In this document: positions 8,749-18,787 of the stretch, piece after piece
Numbering within the stretch: position 1 is the first letter of the stretch
Layout of the letters: each line of letters opens with the position of its first letter
NCBI GenBank assembly: GCA_036272935.1
Contig: DATAXP010000009.1
Span: 6,876-70,875 of the forward strand
Direction: 5' to 3'
From: Pirellulales bacterium
GTDB taxonomy: Bacteria; Planctomycetota; Planctomycetia; Pirellulales; PNKZ01
Length of the DNA: 64,000 nucleotides
The notes under the pieces: model-generated
Databases searched by the model: none
Told to the model about the DNA's origin: nothing
The model's input: only the letters and a program-made list of their open reading frames with translations
Program-made: the position numbers and the translations under genes

Positions 8749-11694
8749 TTAGATTACCGGGTATCCGACATGGATGGTCTTCGTGGCCACGGTCGAGGTG
8801 TTGCCCAGACCGTCGGTCAGCGCGAAGCTGACCGTGCGATCGTACACGCTCATCGCCGAGTTCGTGTTGTAATAGGCAATGTCGTCGGTGACCGCTTGCA
8901 CGGCGGCGATTGTCGCCGAGCTGAGGAACTGCACGACCAGCGGCGTCGAGCCCGAGCCGGGCGCGTACAGCGCGACGAGGGTGCTGTTGTTGTAGACGAG
9001 GGCGTAGATGCCTTGCACGCTTGTCGCCAGCACCGTGATGCCGTTGCCGTTGGAGACGACGAGTGTGTCGTTGGAGCCCGAGTTGGCAATCGAGACCACG
9101 AGCCGCGAGTTTTCCAGATCGTTTGCGCCCGATACGGTTGCCGAGCCGGCAATCACGGTCGCCCCGCTGCCCACGGTGTAGTTGGTTGTCGTGCCGAGAT
9201 TGCTCACGGCCGGCGGGACGCCGGCAACGTGGATCGTCTTGCTCACGGCCGCCGAGAGGAATCCCTGGCTATCGGTCAATTGGAACGACACGCTGCGATC
9301 ATAGATCCACATGCCGGCGTACAGGTTCGAGAACACCACGTCGTCGACCACGGCCTGGACCGAAGCCACCGTGGCGAGACTGGTGAATTGCACGACGAGC
9401 AGGTTGCTGCCGGAACTGGCCCCGAAGTAGCCGATCACCTGGCCGCCGTAGCTCAATGAATTATTCATGGTGTTGATGGTCACGCCGTTGCCGGCGGCGA
9501 TCGTCATCACGTCGTAATTTCCCGAGTTGGCGAGTGATACGACCAACTTCGAGTTGGCCATTCCATTAACTCCCGCCGTAACGGTTGCCAAACCGGCCAC
9601 GCTGATCGCGGCACTTCCGGCGGTGTAATTGGCCGTCGGACCTAAGTTGCCGATCGCCGGGGGAGCCTTGATCACATGGATCGTTTCGGTCACCGGGGTC
9701 GCTGAAACGCTCTTGCTGTCGGTCAGCTTGAAGGTGGCCGTGCGATCGTAAGCCGAGGCTGACGTATTGGCGTTGTAGAACACCACGTCGTCGAGCACGG
9801 CTTGCACCGCGGCGGCCGTCGCCGTGCTATTGAACTGCACGACCAGCGGCGTCGACGCCGAGCCCGCCGAATACCAGCCCACCAGGCTGCCGTTGTACAG
9901 CACCTGGGTGAGCCCCGGAGTGCTGCTGGTGGCAAACGTCACTCCGCCACCGGCGGCGAGTGTCAGTGTGTCGCCGCTGCCGGCGTTGGCACTGAGCCCC
10001 ACGGTGAGCTGCGACCCGGCCAAACCGTTGGCACCGGCGCTGGCCGAGGCGCCGGCAGCAATCGCGGTCGGCCCGTTGCCGACCACATAGGTCACCAGCC
10101 CCAGATTGCCGATCGCCGGGATGGCAAGGTATTCAAATGCGCCGACATCGGCGGCGCCAGAGCGCGCGATCCCGCGCTCGTCGAACGGCAGCAGCACACC
10201 GGCGCCCGAGCTATGGCTGGCGGCGGTCGTGCCATTGTAGCCGCGCACGACGGTGACCGTGCCGGTCGAGGCGATGTAGCCGATGATTTCGATCTGCTCG
10301 CTGTCGACCTGAATCACATAGGTTCCCGGCGTGCTGGCGATCGCGGCATAATTGGTCAAGACGCTCGTCGAGAAGGAAGTGGCGGTGGCATTGATACTCG
10401 CGGCGAGCGTGGTGATCGCGCCGCCGGCATTGATGGCTGGACTGCCCGACTGGAGCGCCATGGTCTGCATCGCGCCGCCGTTGCCGGCTAGTGCGCCCAG
10501 CAGCGGATCGATCGGGCTGGCCGTCGTGCCGACCTGGTTGCCATTGGCGTCGCCGTCGCTGATGCCGGTCATGCCGGTGCCGTCGCCGATCAGATTTTTG
10601 GTGCTCCCAATCGCGATCGCACCGTCGAAATCCGAAACGCCTCCGCCGTAGGCGAACGTGTTGCCGGCCACAATGCTGTTGAGCAACGTGGCGGAGCTGG
10701 TGTTGTAAACGCCACCGACGTTGGCCCCGGCATTGGCCGAAATGGTCGAATTGCTGATCGTCAGCGCACCGGAATTGGCGATGCCGCCGCCGAAGCTGCC
10801 GGAGTTGTACCCGATGGCAGCCGTATTTCCTGAGATCGTGGAGTTGCTGACGGTCAGCGTGCCGGAATTGTTGATGCCGCCGCCGAGGGTGGTGTATTGG
10901 TGGCCAGAGTCGTAGTTCCCTGAGATGGTCGAATTGCTGATGGTCATCGAGCCGGAGTTATTGATCCCACCGCCTACGGCGCCGTAATAGCCATAGGAAG
11001 TATTGTTCGCGATCGTCGAATTGCTGACCGTCATCGAGCCGACGTTGTCGATGCCGCCGCCGGAACTGCCGTACGTGCGGGCGATATTTCCCGTGATCGT
11101 CGAATTACTGACGGCCATCGTTCCTGAATTGTAGATGCCTTCGCCGCCAGCGCCGCCGTTGCTGTCGATGATGTTTCCCGAGATCGTCGAGTTGTTCACC
11201 GCCAGCGTGCCGGCATTGTTGATGCCGCCGCCGACGCTGGCGCTGCCGTCGGCGATCGTCAGCCCCGTCAGCGCAGCGGTCACACCCGCATCGACTTGGA
11301 ACACGCTGCTGGCTGCGTTGCCGTCGATGGTAATCTGGCCGCCGCCGTTGATCGTGATGGCGCCGATGCCGGCGCCGCCTTGTCCGAGTTCCAACTGACC
11401 TTGTGCGAGCTTAATCGTCTGGCCGTTCAGATTGGAACCGAAAGTGATCGTTTCGGATTGGCCGTTCAGGGCGTCGGCATTGGCCGTGCCGATCGCGTCG
11501 CGCAGCGACACACCGGAGTGCGCCGCAGCGTCGCTGGTCGTGGTTACCAACAGCGGGTTGACACTAACCACCAGCAATCGGCGGCCTTCGAGCGGCTCGA
11601 ACCCCAGGGTACGATAGGACCTGCGATGCGCCGCAGCTGCATTGAATAAAGGGGTCTTGGTTCGGCGTCCGCGCAGCCAATGAGACACGTTCAT
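8749..11694 (-). CDS. Planctomycete extracellular (LExRxLL leader) beta-helix/choice-of-anchor-Q protein with 3 C-terminal Ig/cadherin-like repeats (paralog 1)
   Basis: GFEPLEGRRLL leader, SLRDAI, GGGI.N.G.L...NSTISGN repeats, LGALA.NGG..T.AL..GSPAINAG...D.GAFE, three ~145-aa repeats ending YDRT..F.LTD...TIHV. Confidence 0.85.
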   Translation of the reverse strand: MNVSHWLRGRRTKTPLFNAAAAHRRSYRTLGFEPLEGRRLLVVSVNPLLVTTTSDAAAHSGVSLRDAIGTANADALNGQSETITFGSNLNGQTIKLAQGQLELGQGGAGIGAITINGGGQITIDGNAASSVFQVDAGVTAALTGLTIADGSASVGGGINNAGTLAVNNSTISGNIIDSNGGAGGEGIYNSGTMAVSNSTITGNIARTYGSSGGGIDNVGSMTVSNSTIANNTSYGYYGAVGGGINNSGSMTISNSTISGNYDSGHQYTTLGGGINNSGTLTVSNSTISGNTAAIGYNSGSFGGGIANSGALTISNSTISANAGANVGGVYNTSSATLLNSIVAGNTFAYGGGVSDFDGAIAIGSTKNLIGDGTGMTGISDGDANGNQVGTTASPIDPLLGALAGNGGAMQTMALQSGSPAINAGGAITTLAASINATATSFSTSVLTNYAAIASTPGTYVIQVDSEQIEIIGYIASTGTVTVVRGYNGTTAASHSSGAGVLLPFDERGIARSGAADVGAFEYLAIPAIGNLGLVTYVVGNGPTAIAAGASASAGANGLAGSQLTVGLSANAGSGDTLTLAAGGGVTFATSSTPGLTQVLYNGSLVGWYSAGSASTPLVVQFNSTATAAAVQAVLDDVVFYNANTSASAYDRTATFKLTDSKSVSATPVTETIHVIKAPPAIGNLGPTANYTAGSAAISVAGLATVTAGVNGMANSKLVVSLANSGNYDVMTIAAGNGVTINTMNNSLSYGGQVIGYFGASSGSNLLVVQFTSLATVASVQAVVDDVVFSNLYAGMWIYDRSVSFQLTDSQGFLSAAVSKTIHVAGVPPAVSNLGTTTNYTVGSGATVIAGSATVSGANDLENSRLVVSIANSGSNDTLVVSNGNGITVLATSVQGIYALVYNNSTLVALYAPGSGSTPLVVQFLSSATIAAVQAVTDDIAYYNTNSAMSVYDRTVSFALTDGLGNTSTVATKTIHVGYPVI

Positions 11695-11765
11695 CGTTGG
11701 TGATCCCTACCTTAACGTCGAAAAAGCCGCATGCTGCGGCCGGTGCAGCCCCACAAGGAGTAGCC

Positions 11766-11794
11766 AAGGTAGGCGAGACGGGTGGGTAATGCAA
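11766..11794 (-). promoter_or_regulatory. Putative sigma70-type promoter of paralog 1
   Basis: TTGCAT-N17-TACCTT on the minus strand. Confidence 0.5.
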
Positions 11795-11835
11795 GTAGTC
11801 TGCGCAAGAATTGCTGTCGCGCGCGTGCGCCTTTG

Positions 11836-13008
11836 TCAGACCACGCTTCGCAGCGTCGCGGGAACGTCGGGCATGGCTTCGTCAGACAATTCGAACGAAC
11901 CGTCCAACCGCTGCTCGTCTGCGGTGAGCACGTCTGGGTAGCGGAGCCCCGGCAAGACTTCGACGGCGAAGATTTCCTGCACAGCCTCCTCGAACCTCAC
12001 GAAGGCAACCGTGTCCCCGGTGCGCAGATCCACGACCCACACGCCACAGTTGCGATCTTTCAGGCGGTCGACTAAGGGAATGCCGCTGAACACCGCCGAC
12101 TCGCGAACCTGCGACAGTCCGACGAACGCCAAGGGACCGTAAAACGACAGGCCGCGCGTGAAACCGGGCAACTGGGCGACTTCTTCATAACGTCCGCTGG
12201 CCAGATCGACTGTGCCGATGCCCCCTGCGCCGGAGTTCAGCACCCACAGACGACCGTGATGCCAGCGCGGCGAATGGGGCATGGAGAGCTGACGGGCGAC
12301 GACCTCGTTGGTTGTGATATCGATCAGCAAGCCGCCGTCGCGCTTATTGGTCCGCCAGCCGCCATCGTCGTCGGTTTCGCCCAGCGCCGTGACGTAACCT
12401 GGCCGGCCGTCGCGCATGCCCAGGCCGTTGAGATGACAGCGATCGGTCGGCGACAGTCCGCTGACAAACCGTGGTCGCCAGCGCGGTTGGAAACTGTACA
12501 CATCGCTGCGCGTGCAAAGGCACGAAAAGGCCGTGTTGACGAACCATAGCTCGTCGCCGGCCCAGGCCATTTCGTGAATATGGATATCACCCGTGACGTG
12601 GCCGACCCGCGGCAGGAAACAGGCGTCGTGCCGGCCCACCGGCTCCAGCTTTTGCGCCACGGCCGGGAGGTTATGAAACTCCCATACTTCGCGCGAGGTG
12701 CCGATCGCCAATCGGCCCCCATGAACCGCCAGACCCATCGGCTTGTTGAACACTCGGAAATGTGTGTTGAGCAATTCTCCTTCGGCGCGCAGCGCGACGA
12801 GCTTGCCGGCCTGATAGGTAGAAACCAGCAGCGAGATACCCAGCTCGGCAAGAATACTCGGAAAGCTTAGCGTGTGAACGCTGCGCAGCGGCGCATGCTC
12901 GGGATCGGCCGAAGGCGCCTGCTGAGCCGGTGCCAGCGATTCCGCCTTCTCGACGGAAGTCGAATCAGGTTTGTCGGACGGTGGCATCGCCATGGCGCGG
13001 TCCATCAT
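11836..13008 (-). CDS. TIGR03032 family (DUF4915) protein
   Basis: STYQAGKL, TGDIHIHE, VNTAFSCL, DRCHLNGL, LSMPHSPRWH, PGFTRGL, FVGLSQVRE. Confidence 0.88.
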   Translation of the reverse strand: MMDRAMAMPPSDKPDSTSVEKAESLAPAQQAPSADPEHAPLRSVHTLSFPSILAELGISLLVSTYQAGKLVALRAEGELLNTHFRVFNKPMGLAVHGGRLAIGTSREVWEFHNLPAVAQKLEPVGRHDACFLPRVGHVTGDIHIHEMAWAGDELWFVNTAFSCLCTRSDVYSFQPRWRPRFVSGLSPTDRCHLNGLGMRDGRPGYVTALGETDDDGGWRTNKRDGGLLIDITTNEVVARQLSMPHSPRWHHGRLWVLNSGAGGIGTVDLASGRYEEVAQLPGFTRGLSFYGPLAFVGLSQVRESAVFSGIPLVDRLKDRNCGVWVVDLRTGDTVAFVRFEEAVQEIFAVEVLPGLRYPDVLTADEQRLDGSFELSDEAMPDVPATLRSVV

Positions 13009-13120
13009 CGTCCGGCGCTATTGCGTGTCAAGGTTATGGCGGCAACAGACCACCTCACCACGGCGCGCACGTTGCACGCCTGATGACGCATCAGCGGGCT
13101 TCTCCCCGTCACGCCGCGCG

Positions 13121-15766
13121 CTACGGCCCGGCCGAGACGTGGATCGTTTTAGTGGCCGGCATCGAAACGTTATTCAACTCGTCGGTCAATGAAAAGCTGA
13201 TCGTGCGATCGTAGACGCTCATCGACGAGGTCGTGTTGTAATAGGCGATGTCGTCAACAACCGCTTGCACGGCCGCGATGGTCGCCGAGCTGTTGAACTG
13301 CACCACCAACAGCGTCGAACCCGAGCCGGGCTGATACCAACCGACGATCGTGCCGTTGTACAGCACCTGGTAAACCCCCGCTGTAATGCTGGAGGCGAGC
13401 GTGATACCGTTGCCGGCCGAGATCACCAGCTTGTCGCTCGAGCCGGCGTTGCCGATCGACACGACCAGCTTCGAGTTCTCCAGGTTGTTGGCGCCCGAAA
13501 CGGTCGCCGATGGCGCGATCGTCGTCGGTCCGCTGCCGGACGTGTAGTTGGTTGTCGAGCCGAGGCCGCTCACCGCGGGCGGCGCGGCGACGAAATGGAT
13601 CGTCTTGGTGGCCGCGGCGGAGACGACTCCCTTGCTGTCGGTCAACTGGAACGAGACCGTGCGATCGTAGATCCAGGCGCCGTTGCTGGTGTTGCTGAAC
13701 ACCACGTCGTCGATCACCGCCTGCACGGCAGCCGTCGTGGCCTTGCTGGTGAACTGCACCACCAGTGGCGTCGCCCCGTTACTGGCTGCGAAATTGGCGA
13801 TCGTATTGCCGCCGTAGATCAGCGCCGTGCCCGCGATCGTGACACCGTTGCCGGTGGCGATCGTGGCGACATCGTAGCTGCCGGAGTTGTTAATCGTGAC
13901 CGTGAGCTTCGAGCTGGCCACGCCGTTGGTCCCCGCGGTGACCGTCGCGGCGCTAGCCAGCGCGACCGCCGCGCCGCCGGGCGTGTAATTTACCGTGCTG
14001 CCGAAGTTGTTGATCGATGCCGGAGTGCCGTGGTACTCGTAGGCGCCGATGTCGGCCGTACCGACGCGGGCGTCGCCGATCTGGTCGGTCGGGAAGGTGA
14101 CTACCGCGCCGACGTTATGCATGGCGGCGGTCGTGCCGTTGACGTGGCGCGTGACCGTGAGCGTCCCGTTCGTGTCGGTGATCAGCATCTGTTCGCTGTC
14201 GATCTGGATCAGGTACGTGCCGTTGGAGGAGGCAATCGCGCCGAAGTTCGCAAACACACTTGTGCTGAACGAGGCGGTGGTCGAGTTGATACTCGAAGCG
14301 AGCGTGGTCACCGCCCCGCCGGCATTGATGGCCGGGCTGCCGGCTTGCAAGGCCATGACCTGTGTCGCGCCGCCGTAGTTGGCCAGCGCGGTGAGCATGG
14401 GGTTGATGACCGGGCCGCCATTACCGCCGATCTGGTTGCCGTTCGAGTCGTTGGCGATGCCGGCCATGCCAGTGCCGTCGCCGATCAGGTTGTTCGAGCT
14501 CGACGCATCGACAAAGCCACTGATATCCGATTCGGAGCCGGCGGTATTACCGGCCACGACCGTGTTCATCAGCACGATCCGGAGATAACCTGCTTGATAG
14601 ATGCCGCCGGCACCGAATTGGGCCGAGTTGCCAGAGATCGTCGAGTTGCTAACGTTGGCGTTGCCTTCGTAGAACAGGCCGCCGCCGTAGTCGCTGGAAA
14701 TATTGTTGGCGATGGTCGAGTTGGACACTGTCAGCGTCGTGTTCTGGTAGGTCCAGATGCCAGCACCGTCGTAGCTACTGTTGCCCGAAACAGTCGAGTC
14801 GTACAGCGTGAGGGTGCCACCGAGGTAGATGCCTCCCGCGCTGTCCGAGCTGCTGTTATTCGAGATCGTCGAATTGCTCACGGTGACCTGACTGGCGTAG
14901 TCGGCGTCCATGGCCCCGCCCCTATTGCTCGCGGTGTTGTTGGTGATCGTCGAATTGCTGATCGTGACCTGCGCGCCGGCGACTTCGATGGCCCCGCCAT
15001 AGGCGGCCGAATCCGACGAGAAGGTCGAGCCGCTGATCGTCGTAGGATCGCCGCTTCCAATAGCGCCGCCTGAGCCCCCGGCGGCGGAATCGAAAGTGAA
15101 CGTCGAGTTGCTGACGTTCAGCATCATGCTGTCGGCGCTGTAAATGGCACCACCGCCGGTGGCCGAGTCGTACGAAAGCGTCGAGCCGCTCACGGTCAGC
15201 GACGTACCTTGGTTATAAATCCCGCCGCCGATGTAAGTGGAGGTGCAATTCGAGATCGTCGAGTTCGTGACGGTCAGCGTGCCCAAGTTGTTGATGCCGC
15301 CGCCGCCGTTGCCGGGAATGTCGTTGCCGCTGGTGATCGTCAGCCCTTCAAGGGTTGCCGTCACGCCACTATCGACGAGAAACACCGTGACGGCGTTGTT
15401 GCCGCTGATGGCGACGTTGCCTGCACCGTTGATAGTGATCATGCCCGAGCCCGCGCCGCCAGCCCCGAGTTCGAGGCTGCCCTGCGAAAGCACAATGGTC
15501 TGGCCGTTGAGGCCGGCTGCGAAGGTGATCGTGTCGGACTTCCCGCTGCGGGCATCGGCGTTGGCGGTGCCGATGGCATCGCGCAGCGACACGCCCGAGT
15601 GCGATACGGCGTCGCTGGTGGTTGTGACCACGAGCGGATTCACACTAACGATCAACAACCGGCGCTCCTCGAGCGACTCGAAACCAAGCCGGCGATCGCG
15701 TTGCCGCTGCGATCCGCGAAACGACTTGCCCGCTTTGCGTCCGCGCAGCCAATGAGGCACTTTCAT
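13121..15766 (-). CDS. Extracellular beta-helix/choice-of-anchor-Q protein with 2 C-terminal repeats (paralog 2)
   Basis: MKVPHWLRGR...LGFESLEERRLL; same architecture as paralog 1. Confidence 0.85.
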   Translation of the reverse strand: MKVPHWLRGRKAGKSFRGSQRQRDRRLGFESLEERRLLIVSVNPLVVTTTSDAVSHSGVSLRDAIGTANADARSGKSDTITFAAGLNGQTIVLSQGSLELGAGGAGSGMITINGAGNVAISGNNAVTVFLVDSGVTATLEGLTITSGNDIPGNGGGGINNLGTLTVTNSTISNCTSTYIGGGIYNQGTSLTVSGSTLSYDSATGGGAIYSADSMMLNVSNSTFTFDSAAGGSGGAIGSGDPTTISGSTFSSDSAAYGGAIEVAGAQVTISNSTITNNTASNRGGAMDADYASQVTVSNSTISNNSSSDSAGGIYLGGTLTLYDSTVSGNSSYDGAGIWTYQNTTLTVSNSTIANNISSDYGGGLFYEGNANVSNSTISGNSAQFGAGGIYQAGYLRIVLMNTVVAGNTAGSESDISGFVDASSSNNLIGDGTGMAGIANDSNGNQIGGNGGPVINPMLTALANYGGATQVMALQAGSPAINAGGAVTTLASSINSTTASFSTSVFANFGAIASSNGTYLIQIDSEQMLITDTNGTLTVTRHVNGTTAAMHNVGAVVTFPTDQIGDARVGTADIGAYEYHGTPASINNFGSTVNYTPGGAAVALASAATVTAGTNGVASSKLTVTINNSGSYDVATIATGNGVTIAGTALIYGGNTIANFAASNGATPLVVQFTSKATTAAVQAVIDDVVFSNTSNGAWIYDRTVSFQLTDSKGVVSAAATKTIHFVAAPPAVSGLGSTTNYTSGSGPTTIAPSATVSGANNLENSKLVVSIGNAGSSDKLVISAGNGITLASSITAGVYQVLYNGTIVGWYQPGSGSTLLVVQFNSSATIAAVQAVVDDIAYYNTTSSMSVYDRTISFSLTDELNNVSMPATKTIHVSAGP

Positions 15767-15833
15767 CGTGATCCCTCAGCGTGAATTGAACCGCCTGGAG
15801 TGACCGAGATGTCACACCTGCATAAAGTACGCG

Positions 15834-15862
15834 ACATTAACCGCGCCACTTCGACGAGGCAA
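15834..15862 (-). promoter_or_regulatory. Putative sigma70-type promoter of paralog 2
   Basis: TTGCCT-N17-TAATGT on the minus strand. Confidence 0.5.
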
Positions 15863-15994
15863 GCGATTTTGTGCGAAGTGTAACGTGGGATCGTTCGCCC
15901 AATGCTAGCGCAAGATTGCTTGAGATGCGCGCACTAAAGTGCCATGCCCGCGCGATGCGATCACGTGGGCATGGCACAACGATTCGAGCGACCG

Positions 15995-18601
15995 CTATAC
16001 AACGGGCAGGCCCACGTGGATCGTCTTCGTGGCCACGGTCGAGGTGTTGCCCAGACCGTCGGTCAGCGCGAAGCTGACCGTGCGATCGTAGACGCTCATC
16101 GCCGAGTTCGTGTTGTAATAGGCAATGTCGTCAGCGACCGCTTGCACGGCGGCTGCCGTGGCGGCGGTGTTGAACTGCACGACTAAAGGCGTCGAGCCCG
16201 AACCCTGCTGGTACCAGCCGACGATCACGCCGTTGTACAGCACCTGGTAAATGCCCGCCGTGCTGCTGCTGGCGAGCGTGATGCCGTTGCCGGCCGAGAT
16301 CACCAGCATGTCGGTCGTGCCGGCGTTGGCGATCGACACCACCAGCTTCGAGTTCTCCAGGTTGTTGGCACCCGACACCGTGGCGCCGCTGGCGACTACC
16401 GTCGCTCCGCTGCCTGGCGTGTAGTTGGTCGTCGGGCCGAGGTTGCTCACCACCGGCGGCGCGGCGACAAAATGGACAGTCTTCGTCACCGACTCGCCGG
16501 CGACATTGTTCTGATCGGTCAACTGGAAGGTGGCGGTGCGGTCGTAGATCCAGGCACTGGCACTGGTATTGGAGAACACGACGTCGTTCATCACCGCCTG
16601 GACAGCGGCCGTCGTCGCCTTGCTGGTAAACTGCACCACCAGCGGTGTCGAGCCGGAACCGGCGGTGAAGTAGCCGACGATGTTGCCGCCGTAAGTCAGC
16701 GCGCTGTTGTTGATGGTCACGCCGTTGCCGGCGACGATCGTGGCGACGTCGTAAGTGCCGGCATTGCCGATGCTGACCACCAGCTTCGAGCTAGCCAGGC
16801 TGCTGGTGTCGGTGACCGTGGCCGCGCTGGCCAGCGTCACTGGCGCGCCGCCGGCGGTGTAGTTCACCGTGCCGCCGAACGTACTGATCAATGCCGTCGC
16901 GCCGTGATACTCGTAAGCGCCGATGTCGGCCGTGTTGACGCGGGCGTCGCCGATCTGGTCGTACGGCAGCGTGATCGCGGCACCGGCATTGTGGCTGGCC
17001 GCCGTGGTGCCGTTGGCGTGGCGCGTGGCCGTAATGTTGCCCGAGCTGTCGACAACGATTTGAATCTGCTCGCTGTCGATCTGGATCAGGTACGTGCCGG
17101 GCGTGCTGGCAATCGCGGCGTAGTTGGTGACGATGCTGGTGGTGAACGCGGTATCGGTAGAGTTGATAGTCGTGGCCAGCGTGGTGACCGCGCCGCCGGC
17201 GTTGATGGCGGGACTGCCCGACTGCAAGGCCATCGTGGTGGTCGTGCCGCCGTAGTTGGCCAACGGGTCGAGCATGGCGTTGATCGGGCTGCCGGAAGTG
17301 CCAACCTGGTTGCCGTTGGCGTCGTTGTTGCTGATGCCAGTGAGGCTGCTGCCGTCGCCGATCAGGTTGTTGTTGCTCGACGAGACGACCGCGCCGTAGA
17401 CATCCGCGCTGCCAATGGGATCATCGGCGATGGTGTTGCCCGCTACGATCGTGTTCACGAGCGTCACCGTGGCGGCATTGAAAATGCCCCCACCATAGTC
17501 GTAGGCTGCCGAATTGTTCGAGATGGTCGAGTTGGTGAGGGTGATCGAACTGGAGTTGTCGTTGTACACGCCCCCGCCGCCGTACGTCGTGGAGCCTCCG
17601 CTGGCTGCATTGCCCGAGATGGTCGTGTTCACGACGGTCATCACGGAATCGTCGCTGTTGGAGATGCCGCCGCCATATTCGGATGTGTTCCCGGTGATGG
17701 CCGAGTTCTCGATGGTGGCGTAGGCGTAGTAGTAGTTGAGGATGCCGCCGCCTTCGCCCAAGCCTCCCGAATTGTTCGAGAGCACGGAGTTGTTCATCGT
17801 CAGATAAGCAGCGTAATAATCGAAGATGCCGCCGCCATCGTAGTACGCCGTATTGCCCGAGATGGTCGAGTTGTTCACCGACATTGTGACGTATGCATAG
17901 TTGTAGAACCCAGCCCCCTCGTAGCCGTAGTTGTTCGAGATCGTCGAGTTGGTGAAGCTCAATACGACTTCGTTTTCGTCGTAGAAGGCGCCTCCCTCGC
18001 TCGAGCTGTAGTTGTTGTTGATCGAGGTGTTGGTGAAGTTCAGCGTGCTGTAATAGGCGTAAATCCCGCCGCCGTAGGTGCCGGTGTTGTAGGCGATCGT
18101 CGAGTTGCTGACGTTCAGCGTCCCTCCGTCCACATAGATCGCCCCGCCGTATTCACTGGACCCGTCGGTGATTGTCAGCCCTTCGAGAATTGCCGACGAA
18201 AAGTACTCGTAGAACACATCACTCGACTTGTTGCCGCTGATGGTGATCTGGTTCGCGCCGTTGATCGTGATCGTGCCAGTACCATCGGAGCCCAGCTCCA
18301 GATCGCCTTGCTGCAAGACGATCGTTTGGCCGTTGAGGCTGGAGTCGAACGTGATCGTGTCGGAGATGCCGCTCAAGGAATCGGTGTCGGCGGTATTAAT
18401 CGCGTCGCGCAGCGACACGCCCGAGTGCGACACCGCGTCGCTGGTCGTGGTCACCACCAGCGGATTGACCACCACGCTGAGCACGCGGCGCTCTTCGAGC
18501 GATTCGAAACCGAGACTGCGATATCGCCGCGGCCGAGCGCCCGGAGCGCTGAAAAGTGAATTGTTCTTACGCCGACCGCGCAGCCAATGAGGTACTTTCA
18601 T
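15995..18601 (-). CDS. Extracellular beta-helix/choice-of-anchor-Q protein, Tyr-rich, with 2 C-terminal repeats (paralog 3)
   Basis: Start re-assigned to MKVPHWLRGRR by homology to the paralogs; GFESLEERRVLS leader. Confidence 0.85.
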   Translation of the reverse strand: MKVPHWLRGRRKNNSLFSAPGARPRRYRSLGFESLEERRVLSVVVNPLVVTTTSDAVSHSGVSLRDAINTADTDSLSGISDTITFDSSLNGQTIVLQQGDLELGSDGTGTITINGANQITISGNKSSDVFYEYFSSAILEGLTITDGSSEYGGAIYVDGGTLNVSNSTIAYNTGTYGGGIYAYYSTLNFTNTSINNNYSSSEGGAFYDENEVVLSFTNSTISNNYGYEGAGFYNYAYVTMSVNNSTISGNTAYYDGGGIFDYYAAYLTMNNSVLSNNSGGLGEGGGILNYYYAYATIENSAITGNTSEYGGGISNSDDSVMTVVNTTISGNAASGGSTTYGGGGVYNDNSSSITLTNSTISNNSAAYDYGGGIFNAATVTLVNTIVAGNTIADDPIGSADVYGAVVSSSNNNLIGDGSSLTGISNNDANGNQVGTSGSPINAMLDPLANYGGTTTTMALQSGSPAINAGGAVTTLATTINSTDTAFTTSIVTNYAAIASTPGTYLIQIDSEQIQIVVDSSGNITATRHANGTTAASHNAGAAITLPYDQIGDARVNTADIGAYEYHGATALISTFGGTVNYTAGGAPVTLASAATVTDTSSLASSKLVVSIGNAGTYDVATIVAGNGVTINNSALTYGGNIVGYFTAGSGSTPLVVQFTSKATTAAVQAVMNDVVFSNTSASAWIYDRTATFQLTDQNNVAGESVTKTVHFVAAPPVVSNLGPTTNYTPGSGATVVASGATVSGANNLENSKLVVSIANAGTTDMLVISAGNGITLASSSTAGIYQVLYNGVIVGWYQQGSGSTPLVVQFNTAATAAAVQAVADDIAYYNTNSAMSVYDRTVSFALTDGLGNTSTVATKTIHVGLPVV

Positions 18602-18676
18602 CGTGGTAATCCCTACCTTTTGGAAAAACCGCCGCTTGTCTGCGACAGGATGTCGCACCCCCAATAAGAATTGACC

Positions 18677-18705
18677 AAGTTAAGTGAACGTGTTACGCAA
18701 CACAA
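18677..18705 (-). promoter_or_regulatory. Putative sigma70-type promoter of paralog 3
   Basis: TTGTGT-N17-TAACTT on the minus strand. Confidence 0.45.
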
Positions 18706-18787
18706 GGAGTTTGCGCAAAGATTGACGGCGGGAACTCACCCACCCGCGCTGAAGCGCCGGAATGCATCCGCCACGGCGGAAGGGTAC

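Noticed and set aside
11789-11814. Sigma54 promoter upstream of paralog 1 (TTGCA)
   Set aside because: It lacks the GG at -24; the TTGCAT fits a sigma70 -35 with 17-nt spacing.
13265-18559. Long plus-strand ORFs (602 aa, 695 aa) and similar antisense ORFs across the window
   Set aside because: Shadow ORFs of high-GC coding sequence with no recognisable motifs.
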